Assembly (NCBI RefSeq): GCF_035594765.1
Contig: NC_085846.1
Coordinates: 20,447,190 to 20,511,189 of the forward strand
DNA: 64,000 bases
Direction: 5' to 3'
Source of the DNA: Anolis carolinensis
Taxonomy: Eukaryota
Shown here: positions 49,946-59,827 of the stretch, one piece after another
Numbering within the stretch: the first letter of the stretch is position 1
How the letters are laid out: each line of letters begins with the position of its first letter
Position numbers and translations under genes: made by a program
Notes under the pieces: model-generated
The model's input: only the letters and a program-made list of their open reading frames with translations
Told to the model about the DNA's origin: nothing
Database searches by the model: none

Positions 49946-51494
49946 TCTTAGATCATAATCCCATTCTTCACCTTTCAAGTTAAAGACTGTGTTCTACATT
50001 TGGAATTTTCTTTCAAGAATATATCACAGCTAATAACATGTGCAAATTAGATGATTAGAATATGTCTCACAAAAAAGTTACAAATATGATCCTTTATCAT
50101 GTTATCAGAAATAATTGGGCAGGTGTTCTTTTGTACTTTAATTTTGTTGTAAGAGTGGGGAAAAGAACACCCAGGAGAGGAGGAATTCAATAGTTGTTAC
50201 TTCTGATCAGACGTACTGGATTCTTGGGAATAAAATCCCAAGAAACCTAAACAGATCTAAATAATGCTCCTTCTATGATATGCTGTAATTATTTGTTGCT
50301 GTGAGGATAAACCTCAATTGTGTAGATAGTGTGTTTGTAGTATAGACCAAAAGGTGATCAGTCACATTTATGGCAATAGTCACTGCATTACTGAATTCTC
50401 TGGAAAGAGAGAACAGACAACCTTGTCTGTCATGCTGTAATGGAAAGTGGAGGAGAAGTTGAATCTTAAGGCTGAGTGTCTACCTGAAGCACATTAAAGG
50501 TATTTGGTACATAGTGTGTTACAAAGTTGTCATTTCCTCCTTTATGGTTCTGTCTTTCTTTATCTTTCTTATATATCTAATTTGTCTCTATGTATCATGT
50601 CTCTATCCACCTATCCTACCATTATTTTTATAATTCTTTTTGGAAATGCTTTTGTTGTCATAATTCTTTCCTATAATTGAACAAGCAAAACAGAACAATC
50701 TTTTCATTTTTGGTTGGCTGTGCATTTGCTAAAATGTTTTTGTGTCATTCCATAAAGTTGAAACATGACAATGGTGAGAGAGATCCACATTGTACTGTTC
50801 AATTTATACATTGAATGACCATCATTTTGCAAGGCAATCATATGTACATGCAGACATTGTCAGATATTATTATTTTCAGCCAAAGCTTAGTGAGCAACTG
50901 TTCATTCAGCAGGGCTGTGTATTTGTGTGCATAAAGATGGGAGAATGAGCACATGGGAGATGATGGTTCACTTTCCACTAAAAGGAACCTTTGCAACATT
51001 TTCATTACGACAAACATCTTTCTGAGCACTATCAGGGAGTAGTTATATGTATTAGTTCACTTTTCCAACATTATACCAGTGCCAACACATATCTTCAGAG
51101 TTATCTAGCTGCAATAACAGTTGAGCTAGCTATCTGCTGCACTCTATGCCAAAAATTAATATGGTTACAAAGGTTGAATAAACTTATTCCATATTGCAAT
51201 TTCTTTTTCATTAAAGTAAATATTGGCTGTATGCGTGTGAAGGGTTCTTTGTTTTTAAAAAAAATCATCAAAACATGGTGATTATCCATGAGTCTACTAT
51301 GGTACATCCATTTATTTTTCCATATGATTTCATGGGTTACAAACCATGTCCCTGGATGTACAGATCAAGTACAGTGGCATATGAATACATTTCTATCAAG
51401 TTCTTGAATATTTTACTCCCTCCTTGATATAGAACCTCCATCAGCACTGTATAGACTCATGTAATGCAGGTAAGTTAATTATATGAGTCTACAC

Positions 51495-51629
51495 TTGTGG
51501 TTCCCAACCTTTGGGCCTGCAGGTGTTTTGGATTTCCGCCCCCACAGTTCCTAATAGCTGGTTAACTGGCTAGGAATTTTGGGCATTGAAGTCCAAAATA
51601 ACTGGAGGCCCAAAGGTTGGGAACCACTG
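51495..51629. mobile_element. hAT MITE
   Basis: TIR GTGGTTCCCAACCTTTGGGCCT; perfect 8-bp TSD GTCTACAC. Confidence 0.9.
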
Positions 51630-52169
51630 GTCTACACTGATACTATAATATAGTAGATGTTGTAAAATACTCTTGCTTGGTGCTGGCATCAATCTATCAT
51701 CCATTCATCCATCCACTCCAACCTTCTTCCAGTATGGAAGAAAGGTAACCTATGACAAATGTTATACAAGTGTAGCTAAACACAATGAAATAAGCAATTC
51801 TATTGAAAAACTAATTTCAACACATTTAATGTGTTACGACGATAAAAAAATACAGAAAATAGCTGAAGAGTTTTCAAAAAGAAAAGGTCATCACCTGCTA
51901 GTGAAAGGAGACTATAGAACGATCTAGCCTAGCCATCTGTGTAGGGAAATTCCCATTCTGTAGGGAGGCATTGAGAAAACGCATGCCCATGCCAGATGTG
52001 GCTGCAACATTGAGGGGACCAAGATCCCTTCTACATTGCCATATAATTCAGATTATCAAATTTGATTATCCACATTATCTGCTTTGAACTGATTTATATG
52101 AGTCTACACTGCCAGATAATCCAGTTCAAAGATGATAATCTGGATTTTATATAGAAGCGTAGGAGCCTA

Positions 52170-52303
52170 AGGCCCCTTCCACACAGCTATATAAAATCCA
52201 TAGTGAACTGTGGCAGTGTTGACTCAGATAATTCAATTCAAAGCAAATATTGTGGATTATCTGCCTTGATATTCTGAGTTATATGGCTGTGTGGAAGGAC
52301 CCT
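52170..52303. mobile_element. Small inverted-repeat MITE (Harbinger-like)
   Basis: ggccccttccacacagc ... gctgtgtggaaggaccc; a related copy sits immediately upstream (~52022-52168). Confidence 0.55.
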
Positions 52304-53459
52304 GCTAAGAGAAAGCTCTTACCTGAGAATCTTAGAACTCAAATGGGCTCATAAAAGGAGATACAGTCTCTCAGACAGGCTTTATGGATGAAAATTAAAA
52401 TGCTGACACACAGAGAGTCACTTGATGTTAATTTATCAGGGGGTTAGCTATTGAATCAAGATAAAAATGCAAGGTCCTTCCATTTGAATATTTTGTAAGC
52501 CACACATTTGATATGCCAAGACTACTAGTATTCCAGCTTAAATACGGAAAGATTTTTTAAAATAGGATCTCAGATATATGACATTTTGAAAACTGAATAT
52601 TCAAGTTCGTTCATTGTCAAGGAAGGAAAGAAAAAACACATTAGACCATGCTGAAAAACTGATGATGCCTTTGTTTTTTCCTGGAATATAATAATTCTCT
52701 ATGGTGATACATTTATGTTTACTACTGTGTATTGTTAATTTGGTTGATGTAAGCTAAAACAAATGAGAGAAAAAGTTGGATTCTTTGCAAAATTGAGTTT
52801 TTTAAATTAAATTAAAATGTAATACTTTCATATGTACAACTTTGCATTCAAAAGTGTAGAACCACTACCACCACCATCATTGTTGTTATTATAGGCATCC
52901 TTCCAGATAGCAATTCATAGCAGATTATGAAATGGGGAAAGTAGTTTTCACTGTGTGCCTTCAAATCACTTCTGGCATTTGGAAACCTTAAAGTAAAGGG
53001 TTTCTTGGCAGGATTTATTCAGAGGGGTTTTGCTTTTGCTTTCTTCTGAGGCTGAGAAAGCGAGTAGCCTGGCAAGGTTGCACAGTGGGCTTCCATGGCA
53101 GAGAGGGCATTCAATCCTGGTCTCCTTATTCATAATCAAATGTTAAAAACCCTCCACCACACTGGCTGTAGAAATATTAGTTGAAGCAGACAAATATGAA
53201 CATGCACATCTATGAAAATGTACACCTGTCTTTTCCATTTTTTCTCACCTCTACACAGAAGCGGCCCTAGGTAATTTCGCCTTGTAGGCGAACCTAGTGG
53301 CTGCCCCCCCCCCCGAAATTGCGCCCCCTAAGACCTCGCACATACCTGCGGCGGCAGCCGTGGCGGTGGCGTTGGCGGCAGGAACCATTGGCTCCCTCCT
53401 CGCCGAATGCGGAAAGCCTCAATTGAGGCCTAGCTCTTCTCGCGAGTTCTCGCAAGGAC

Positions 53460-54710
53460 TTGCTGCCAGTCTGTTTCCATGCACAATTCAAAGTGCTGGT
53501 TATGATCTTTAGAGCCCTAGACCAGGGGTCCTCAAACTTTTTAAGTGGAGGGCCGATTCATGGTCCCTCAGATTGTTGAGAGGCCAAATTATCATTTGAA
53601 AAAAAAAGAACAAATTCCTATGCTCACTGCACATGTCTTATTTGTAGCACAAGAAACCCGCCGAGCAACCATTACTTATTTATCTATTTACTACATTTAT
53701 ACCCCACCCTCTCTCACCCCGAAGGGGACTCAATGCGGCTTACAAGTTGTATGTACATACGATATATTATATTATTAGCATAGCACAATATTAGCATTAT
53801 ATATTACTATATTGTACTATACCATTATACCGTAATATTATTAGTAATATTACATTTAATATATAATATATAATTGATATTATTATATTATACAATATTA
53901 TTATATTGTATTATTATTATTAGCTGCCCTGAGTCCGCTATTGGGTGAGAAGGGCGGGGTAGAAATACTGCAATAAATAAATAAATAAATGATTATTACC
54001 ATATCATTCATTTACAATATTTCATTTACAATATTAGTAAATGAAAGAACAATACAATATTTAAAAATAAAAAATAATTTTAACCAACATACTGTAAACT
54101 TATCAGGATTTCAGTGGGAAGTGTGGGCCTGCTTCTGGCCAATGAGATAATCAAGTAGGATTGTTGTTGTGCCTTCAAGTCATTTCAGACTTTGGGCAAG
54201 CCTAAGTCTAAAACTGAGGGGGGGGCAGGTAAATGGCCTTGAAGGGCTGCATCCAGCCCCCGGGCCTTAGTTTGGAGACCCCTGCCCTAGGCAGTTCAGG
54301 TCCAAGCTATTTGGCTGACCACCTCCCTTTATACGAATCTGCCCAAGTCCTGAGATCTTCAGAAGAGGCCCTTCTCTTAGTTCCACCTTCATCTCAAGCT
54401 CAGTTGGTGGGAATGAGAGAGCAGGCCTTTTCAGTGGCTGCCCCTCTGCTCTGGAACTTCCTGCCCAGGGAAGCCAGAATGGCCTCTTCCCTGCTGTCTT
54501 TTCTGTGGTAGCTAAAACCTTTTTATTCAGGCAGGATTTAAAAGATGAAGGTTTTTAAGATCAAGTCAGGGGGTGCTGTGGCTTTTAACTTTGAGTATGC
54601 TTTGAATATGTTTTAATGGTTTTTAACTATGAATTTTTAAATACTGTTTATGTTTAACTCTGTTCTAATGTTTGCATATCTGCATATTTTAAATTGTATG
54701 CAACCGCTTA
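53460..54710 (+). mobile_element. L2 LINE 3' fragment interrupted by a hAT element
   Basis: LPVCFHAQFKVLVMIFRAL | GSSGPSYLADHL...AFSVAAPLLWNFLP. Confidence 0.85.
53523..54284 (-). mobile_element. Non-autonomous hAT (same family as 13192, opposite orientation)
   Basis: TIR CAGGGGTCCTCAAACT / AGTTTGGAGACCCCTG; 8-bp TSD CCCTAGAC/CCCTAGGC. Confidence 0.9.
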
Positions 54711-55884
54711 GAGTAATGGAGCAAAGAATATGGATATTTCTGTTAGCTCTCTCCTTCTCAAATTGCCCTCCTGATTTATGATTTATGAAATAGTACCTTT
54801 TTCTTTCACTAGTTATGCAACAGAATAATTGAACATTTGCACCATCAAAGAGCTTGAAACAACTCCCTACAAATGATAATTTGCTTTCACACATTTCCCT
54901 GCTTACAGTCTAATTACAACAGTTTTAGTCTGGAAGTGGCTACTATCAAATGAGGAAGGGGCCAAGTGAATGTATGTTGTGTTCCTGTGAATGTGCCATC
55001 AAGTTTCATGGCAACCCCAGGAATTTCCTAAGGTTTTCTGAGGCAAAGAATATGAAAGGTGTTTTCCCCATTCATTTCTATGTAATATAAGCTACAGCAC
55101 CTGGGATTCATTGGCAATCACCCATTTAAATACTAAATAGGGGTGACCCTACTTAACTTCCAAAATCAGATGGGGTTTAGTTACACCAGTGCTTAAAGGA
55201 GTTGATAGATTGCCTTTGAGATACAACATTGTAATATCATACCAAAAAATTAAAACTAATTCACAATATAAATAATTTTATAAAGCAGAGGGAAAACAGG
55301 TAAATGTCCAGCACAGTATACAATGATCCCCCCCCAAAAAATGGTATTCTTAAGGGCCTGCCAGAATAAAAAGGAAAGACAGCAAAGGGAGTCCTGGGCT
55401 AACTTCTTTGGGAAAACTTCTTATGACTATTATTTTCCTGAAATTCAGATTTTAAAAAATGAATACCTAGTTTCTAAATTAGACTATTCACACTGTAACT
55501 CAACAGTAGACCCTAGAATCATTAAAATATTTACATAAGATCTATTTATCTTTTAAAATATATATTTATTATTATTAGAGTTGATATTGTAACATATTAC
55601 TGTATATACACTTCTTAACTTTGGAGGGTGGTCTCACTTTGCTGTGAAGTTTGGCCTGGAATAATGTTATCTTTGGGTTTGGATTGTTACTTCAGACTTT
55701 CTATTCATCAGTTTCACAGGACCCCCCCCCCTTTTTTTTTTCTTGGTGTCATGATTTTTAGGCCTGTCCCTGGGGTTAATTGAGGGTGCTGATTCCGAAC
55801 ATTGCAATAGACAGAGTGCATCAGCTCTAGTTTCTTAGATATGGTTATCATGATTTTCTATGGGTGACCAGATGGAGATTGGTA

Positions 55885-56140
55885 GAATCATAAAATTATA
55901 GAATTGAAGGAGACCACAGCCCAACTCCCTGCCATGCCAAGCACCACCAAAGCCCCTGACATGTGGCCATCCAGCCTCTGTTTAAAAGCCTCCAAAGAAG
56001 GAGCTTCCATCACACTCCAAGGCAGAGAGTTGCACTGTTGAACAGCTCTCATGGTCTTCTTAATGTTCAGGTGGAATTTCCTTTTCTGTCATTTGAACTC
56101 ATTGCTTCAAGTTCTAATCTACAGAGCAGCAGAAAACAAG
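55885..56140 (-). mobile_element. CR1 LINE 3' fragment
   Basis: Reverse complement of 190-446-like sequence (ggccatccagcctctgtttaaaagcctccaaagaagg; agaatcata tail). Confidence 0.85.
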
Positions 56141-56515
56141 GTATGTGTTCTGCATCTCAAAAATGAGAGCCAATAGGAGATAATTGTGCCATTGTTGGAA
56201 TCAGCAGGTTAAATATATCCAGAAACAGGACCAACATTTGAGGCACCAAAATATGTTTTGGCCAATGTTATCGATATTTGATTGGAAGAGCAGTATATAA
56301 CTACTGGTGTTAATGAAACAATGGGATGACATCTCTGAAGAAACAAAACCAGTTGCCATTGTTTGTCCATAAATCATATTAGGAATAGGGAGGGGGCAGC
56401 TTTCACTGTTAAATAATCAAAATCCTTTCAGAATTGATTAGGATTAAAAAATAGTGTACTGTATTAGTAAGACTTCTCATCTTCCTTTTACAGGTAATTT
56501 GCAAGGACTAAAGAC

Positions 56516-57466
56516 ATGAGCAACCTCACTTCCATGCCAACTCTTCTGCTGCTCCAATTCTCAGACATCCGAGTGCTGCAGATTTTTCACTTCTTCATTT
56601 TCCTAGCTCTTTATCTAATGGCAGTAATAGGCAATCTTCTCATTATCATTGCAATTGTCTTTGACCACCACTTACACACTCCTATGTACTTCTTCTTATT
56701 CAATTTGGCCACGATTGACCTTGGAACAATTTCAGTGATTGTGCCAAAGTTGATGGCCATGTCTCTCAAGGGTGATAGGTCAATTTCTCACTATGGGTGT
56801 GCTGCTCAAGTTTTCTTTTATTTATTTTTTGCGTCACTGGATCTAGTTGTGCTCACTGTAATGGCACATGATCGCTATATTGCAATCTGCAACCCACTCC
56901 ACTATGAGAGAATCATGCACAAGGAAGCCTGCCTTCAGATGGTAGCTATTGGGTGGGCTACTAGTCTTTTGTATGCTACTTTACACACTGGTGGCACCTT
57001 TGCAATCACTTTCTGTTCTAATATGATCAGCCAGTTTTTCTGTGAAATCCCCCAGTTACTAAAACTCTCCTGTTCTCGCATTTATCTAGTGGAAGTTGGG
57101 CTTCTCATTGTAAGTTGTGGTATGACAGTAGGATGCTTTATTTTTATTACTGTGACATATGTTCAAGTCTTTACCACGGTGCTTCGAATTCCTTCTGTTC
57201 ACAGACAGAAAAAAGCGCTTTCAACTTGCCTTCCTCATCTCACTGTTGTCTCCATGTTGGTCTTCTGTGGCCTCTTTGCCTATGCAAAGCCTCCCACTGG
57301 TACCTCGTCTAAACTTGATTTAGCGTTCGCTGTGGTATATACTATACTTCCTCCCATGCTGAATCCATTTGTTTACAGCATGAGAAACAAGGAGATCAAG
57401 ACTGCTCTGTGGAAACTGTTAGATTTTGCGATATCATCTAAAAGCATATTAAAAATTGTTCTATAA
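56516..57466 (+). CDS. Olfactory receptor, OR14-like (type C), 316 aa
   Basis: Intact ORF: LHTPMYFFL, MAHDRYIAICNPL, KALSTCLPHL, PMLNPFVYSMRN; acceptor cttttacag at 56493. Confidence 0.95.
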   Translation: MSNLTSMPTLLLLQFSDIRVLQIFHFFIFLALYLMAVIGNLLIIIAIVFDHHLHTPMYFFLFNLATIDLGTISVIVPKLMAMSLKGDRSISHYGCAAQVFFYLFFASLDLVVLTVMAHDRYIAICNPLHYERIMHKEACLQMVAIGWATSLLYATLHTGGTFAITFCSNMISQFFCEIPQLLKLSCSRIYLVEVGLLIVSCGMTVGCFIFITVTYVQVFTTVLRIPSVHRQKKALSTCLPHLTVVSMLVFCGLFAYAKPPTGTSSKLDLAFAVVYTILPPMLNPFVYSMRNKEIKTALWKLLDFAISSKSILKIVL

Positions 57467-57826
57467 GAAAAACATTTTTATGATTTTGTCAATGAATTAT
57501 CACTTAAGCTGATGATAAAGCCACTTTGGAATATAGCACACAGGCACTATTTTTTATCCAACTCTCTTTTCTCAGTATGAGTTTTTATTTGCATCATTTT
57601 CCTGCTGTATGGGTTAGATGTAAGCAATATCACTCACATTAATTGAGACAGGAAATATTTTGGGATGTTTCCAGATTCTTAAAAAAAACTTACATTTCAT
57701 AGATTATGATCAATCAGAATCGTGTATATAATGGTGGAACAATCTTGTTCTTTGCTAGCTCAGTCTAAATCCAAAGCAGAGAGGCAGTGCTATATCAAAT
57801 GTCTGCAGAGCCAGCATGGTGTAATG

Positions 57827-58798
57827 TGTGATGAACCATGGGCCTTGTAGTCCTGCTCAGGACATTGTAATTCCTGATGAAGATGAAAACTTGGGTTTTT
57901 TACCTTCCCAGTCTGAACTGGATTCCTCTCAGCCAGATCTTTCCCAGGCAGATCTGGGAACCTTGCACCTGCAAGAAAGTTGTGCCCCAGAAGTATGTCA
58001 AACAACCCCAGAGCCTACTTCTCCCGTGTTCTTGCGCCGGGAGTTTTGTAAACAACAGAGAAGTTTGGATTCAGCTTCGCGCAGGAGTGCGAGGATAGCA
58101 GCTAAGAATGTTGCCAATTAACACTGGTTCTCGTGAGAATCTTTAAGGAGTTTAACATCTGGTCTCAGAGTTTAGCTTTCGTTTCTGATTCCCAGAGAAC
58201 CGCTTTGGTGAGAAAGTTGGACTCTATATAGGTGTTTTGCCCGCGTAGCAACTTCGCGGAGTCAATTCGTCAGCCTACGGAGCGAGTCGTGTCTGGACAG
58301 CGCGTTCCGATTCAAGCCTCGCTCATGCTCAAGCCTTGCCTTGCTATCCAGCCTTCGCCTTGCTTCCCAGCCTTGTTTACCTGCGGACCTTGCCTTGATT
58401 CCCAGGACTAATCCTTGCCTTGTTTCACGGATTTTACCAAGTTATTCCACGGACCTTGTTCTTGTTCTTAGTTACCTTGTTCCACGTTCAAGCCTTGTTA
58501 CTAGTATCAAGTTATTTCCTAGCCACGCTCAAGTTTTATGGACTAAAGGACCTTGTCATCTCCCCTCACTTTGCTTGGCAAAGTGAGTGTTTCGGTTATT
58601 GGATTACAACTTTGGACCTTAATATTTCATATTGGACATTAATTCCTTGGACTAATTTTGACCTTTCCTGAAAGGTCTGCTTCTGGACTATCTTTTACAT
58701 TTGCTTTTACTAACTTTATATATTTCCTTAATAAAGATATTAGATAGATTCTGGCTTCTGCGTATGGTTATTGGTGCTCTGTAGCCTGGGTCTTGACA
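57827..58798 (+). repeat. 5' LTR (972 bp)
   Basis: TGTG...GACA termini; TATATA 58225-58230; AATAAA ~58730; repeated from 63273. Confidence 0.95.
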
Positions 58799-58800
58799 GT

Positions 58801-58810
58801 TTGACTCCGC
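58801..58810 (+). promoter_or_regulatory. Self-priming-type primer binding site
   Basis: TTGACTCCGC is the exact complement of GCGGAGTCAA at 58256-58265; no TGG tRNA-CCA complement. Confidence 0.8.
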
Positions 58811-58840
58811 CAAACTAAGCACCAATTAACCTTGGCCAGA

Positions 58841-59827
58841 ATGTCTACCGGAACCGTACCCGGTGGGCAGCCACTGAGCTACACCATCAGCAAGGACGAA
58901 GTGGATCGCATCCGCGACAGACTCAACGCCCAGGATGGAGAAATAAAGGGCTTGCGGGAGCGCGGAATCCGCCTCCCGGCCATGGCGTTGCCTACCAAGT
59001 TTACTGGAGAAGCTTCCAAGGTTCATGTTTTCCGTCGCCAATGTCAAGCTTATCTAGAGGCCCGTGATGCCGAGTTTCCCCAAGAAGACATCAAAGTGGC
59101 ATGGGTTTACAGTCTTCTAGACGGGCCAGCGGCCAACTGGGCGACGGCACTGTTCGACCAAGCCTCTCCACACCTAAGATCAGCGCAACATTTCTTGGAC
59201 CACCTCAAGGAGACTTGGGGAATCGAGGACAATTTGGAGGCAGCCGGCCACAAACTCCGTCGCCTTTTCCAAGGAGACAGACCTATGTCTCAGTATATAG
59301 CCGAGTTCCGAGTGCTGGCCCACAACACCGGCTGGAACGATGTAGCCCTCAGAGGACAATTCCGGGAGGGTCTCAACATTGAAATGCTGGAAGAAATCTC
59401 CAAGGTGGATCCTCCCCAGACCCTCGAGGCACTCATTGATCAATGTTTACGGGCTGAAGTCATGATTGCCAACAGGAAACAGTGGGTTCGAGGCCAGGGC
59501 AGTAGAGCCGGGGCAAAACCCCCCGCTCCCGCCAGCGTTCAGCCACGTCCAGTGTGGAGACCCCCACCGCCAACCCCATACCCCAGAGGAGGCGAGGAGG
59601 TGCCGATGCAGTTGGGCAATGTGCGTCCCAGACTAGATGCCGCCGAGAAGGCCCGTCGTCAACGCTTAAACCTCTGTTGGTACTGCGGGAACGGGGGCCA
59701 CTTCGCCAGAGAGTGCCCAGCCAAGGGGAAGCCTGCCGCCCGGCTTGCGGCGGCGTCCTCCACGGAGACGAAGACGTCTGAGCCGACTGGCACACAGCCG
59801 GCGGGGGAAGCCAACGACCGGGTGTAG
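58841..59827 (+). CDS. gag: Gag (capsid plus CCHC nucleocapsid), PEG10/sushi-like
   Basis: PTKFTGE, QG.RPMSQYIAEF, GWND.AL..QF..GL, VPMQL, CWYCGNGGHFAREC. Confidence 0.95.
   Translation: MSTGTVPGGQPLSYTISKDEVDRIRDRLNAQDGEIKGLRERGIRLPAMALPTKFTGEASKVHVFRRQCQAYLEARDAEFPQEDIKVAWVYSLLDGPAANWATALFDQASPHLRSAQHFLDHLKETWGIEDNLEAAGHKLRRLFQGDRPMSQYIAEFRVLAHNTGWNDVALRGQFREGLNIEMLEEISKVDPPQTLEALIDQCLRAEVMIANRKQWVRGQGSRAGAKPPAPASVQPRPVWRPPPPTPYPRGGEEVPMQLGNVRPRLDAAEKARRQRLNLCWYCGNGGHFARECPAKGKPAARLAAASSTETKTSEPTGTQPAGEANDRV

Noticed and set aside
53257-53460. Short CpG-rich patch as a promoter CpG island
   Set aside because: Only ~200 bp, begins with a CAG-type transposon-like end and abuts an L2 fragment; more likely a TE fragment
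57828-58121. Stand-alone 97-aa gene in the 5' LTR
   Set aside because: Lies in U3, upstream of the TATA box and predicted TSS; it is the duplicate of the Pol tail encoded in the 3' LTR
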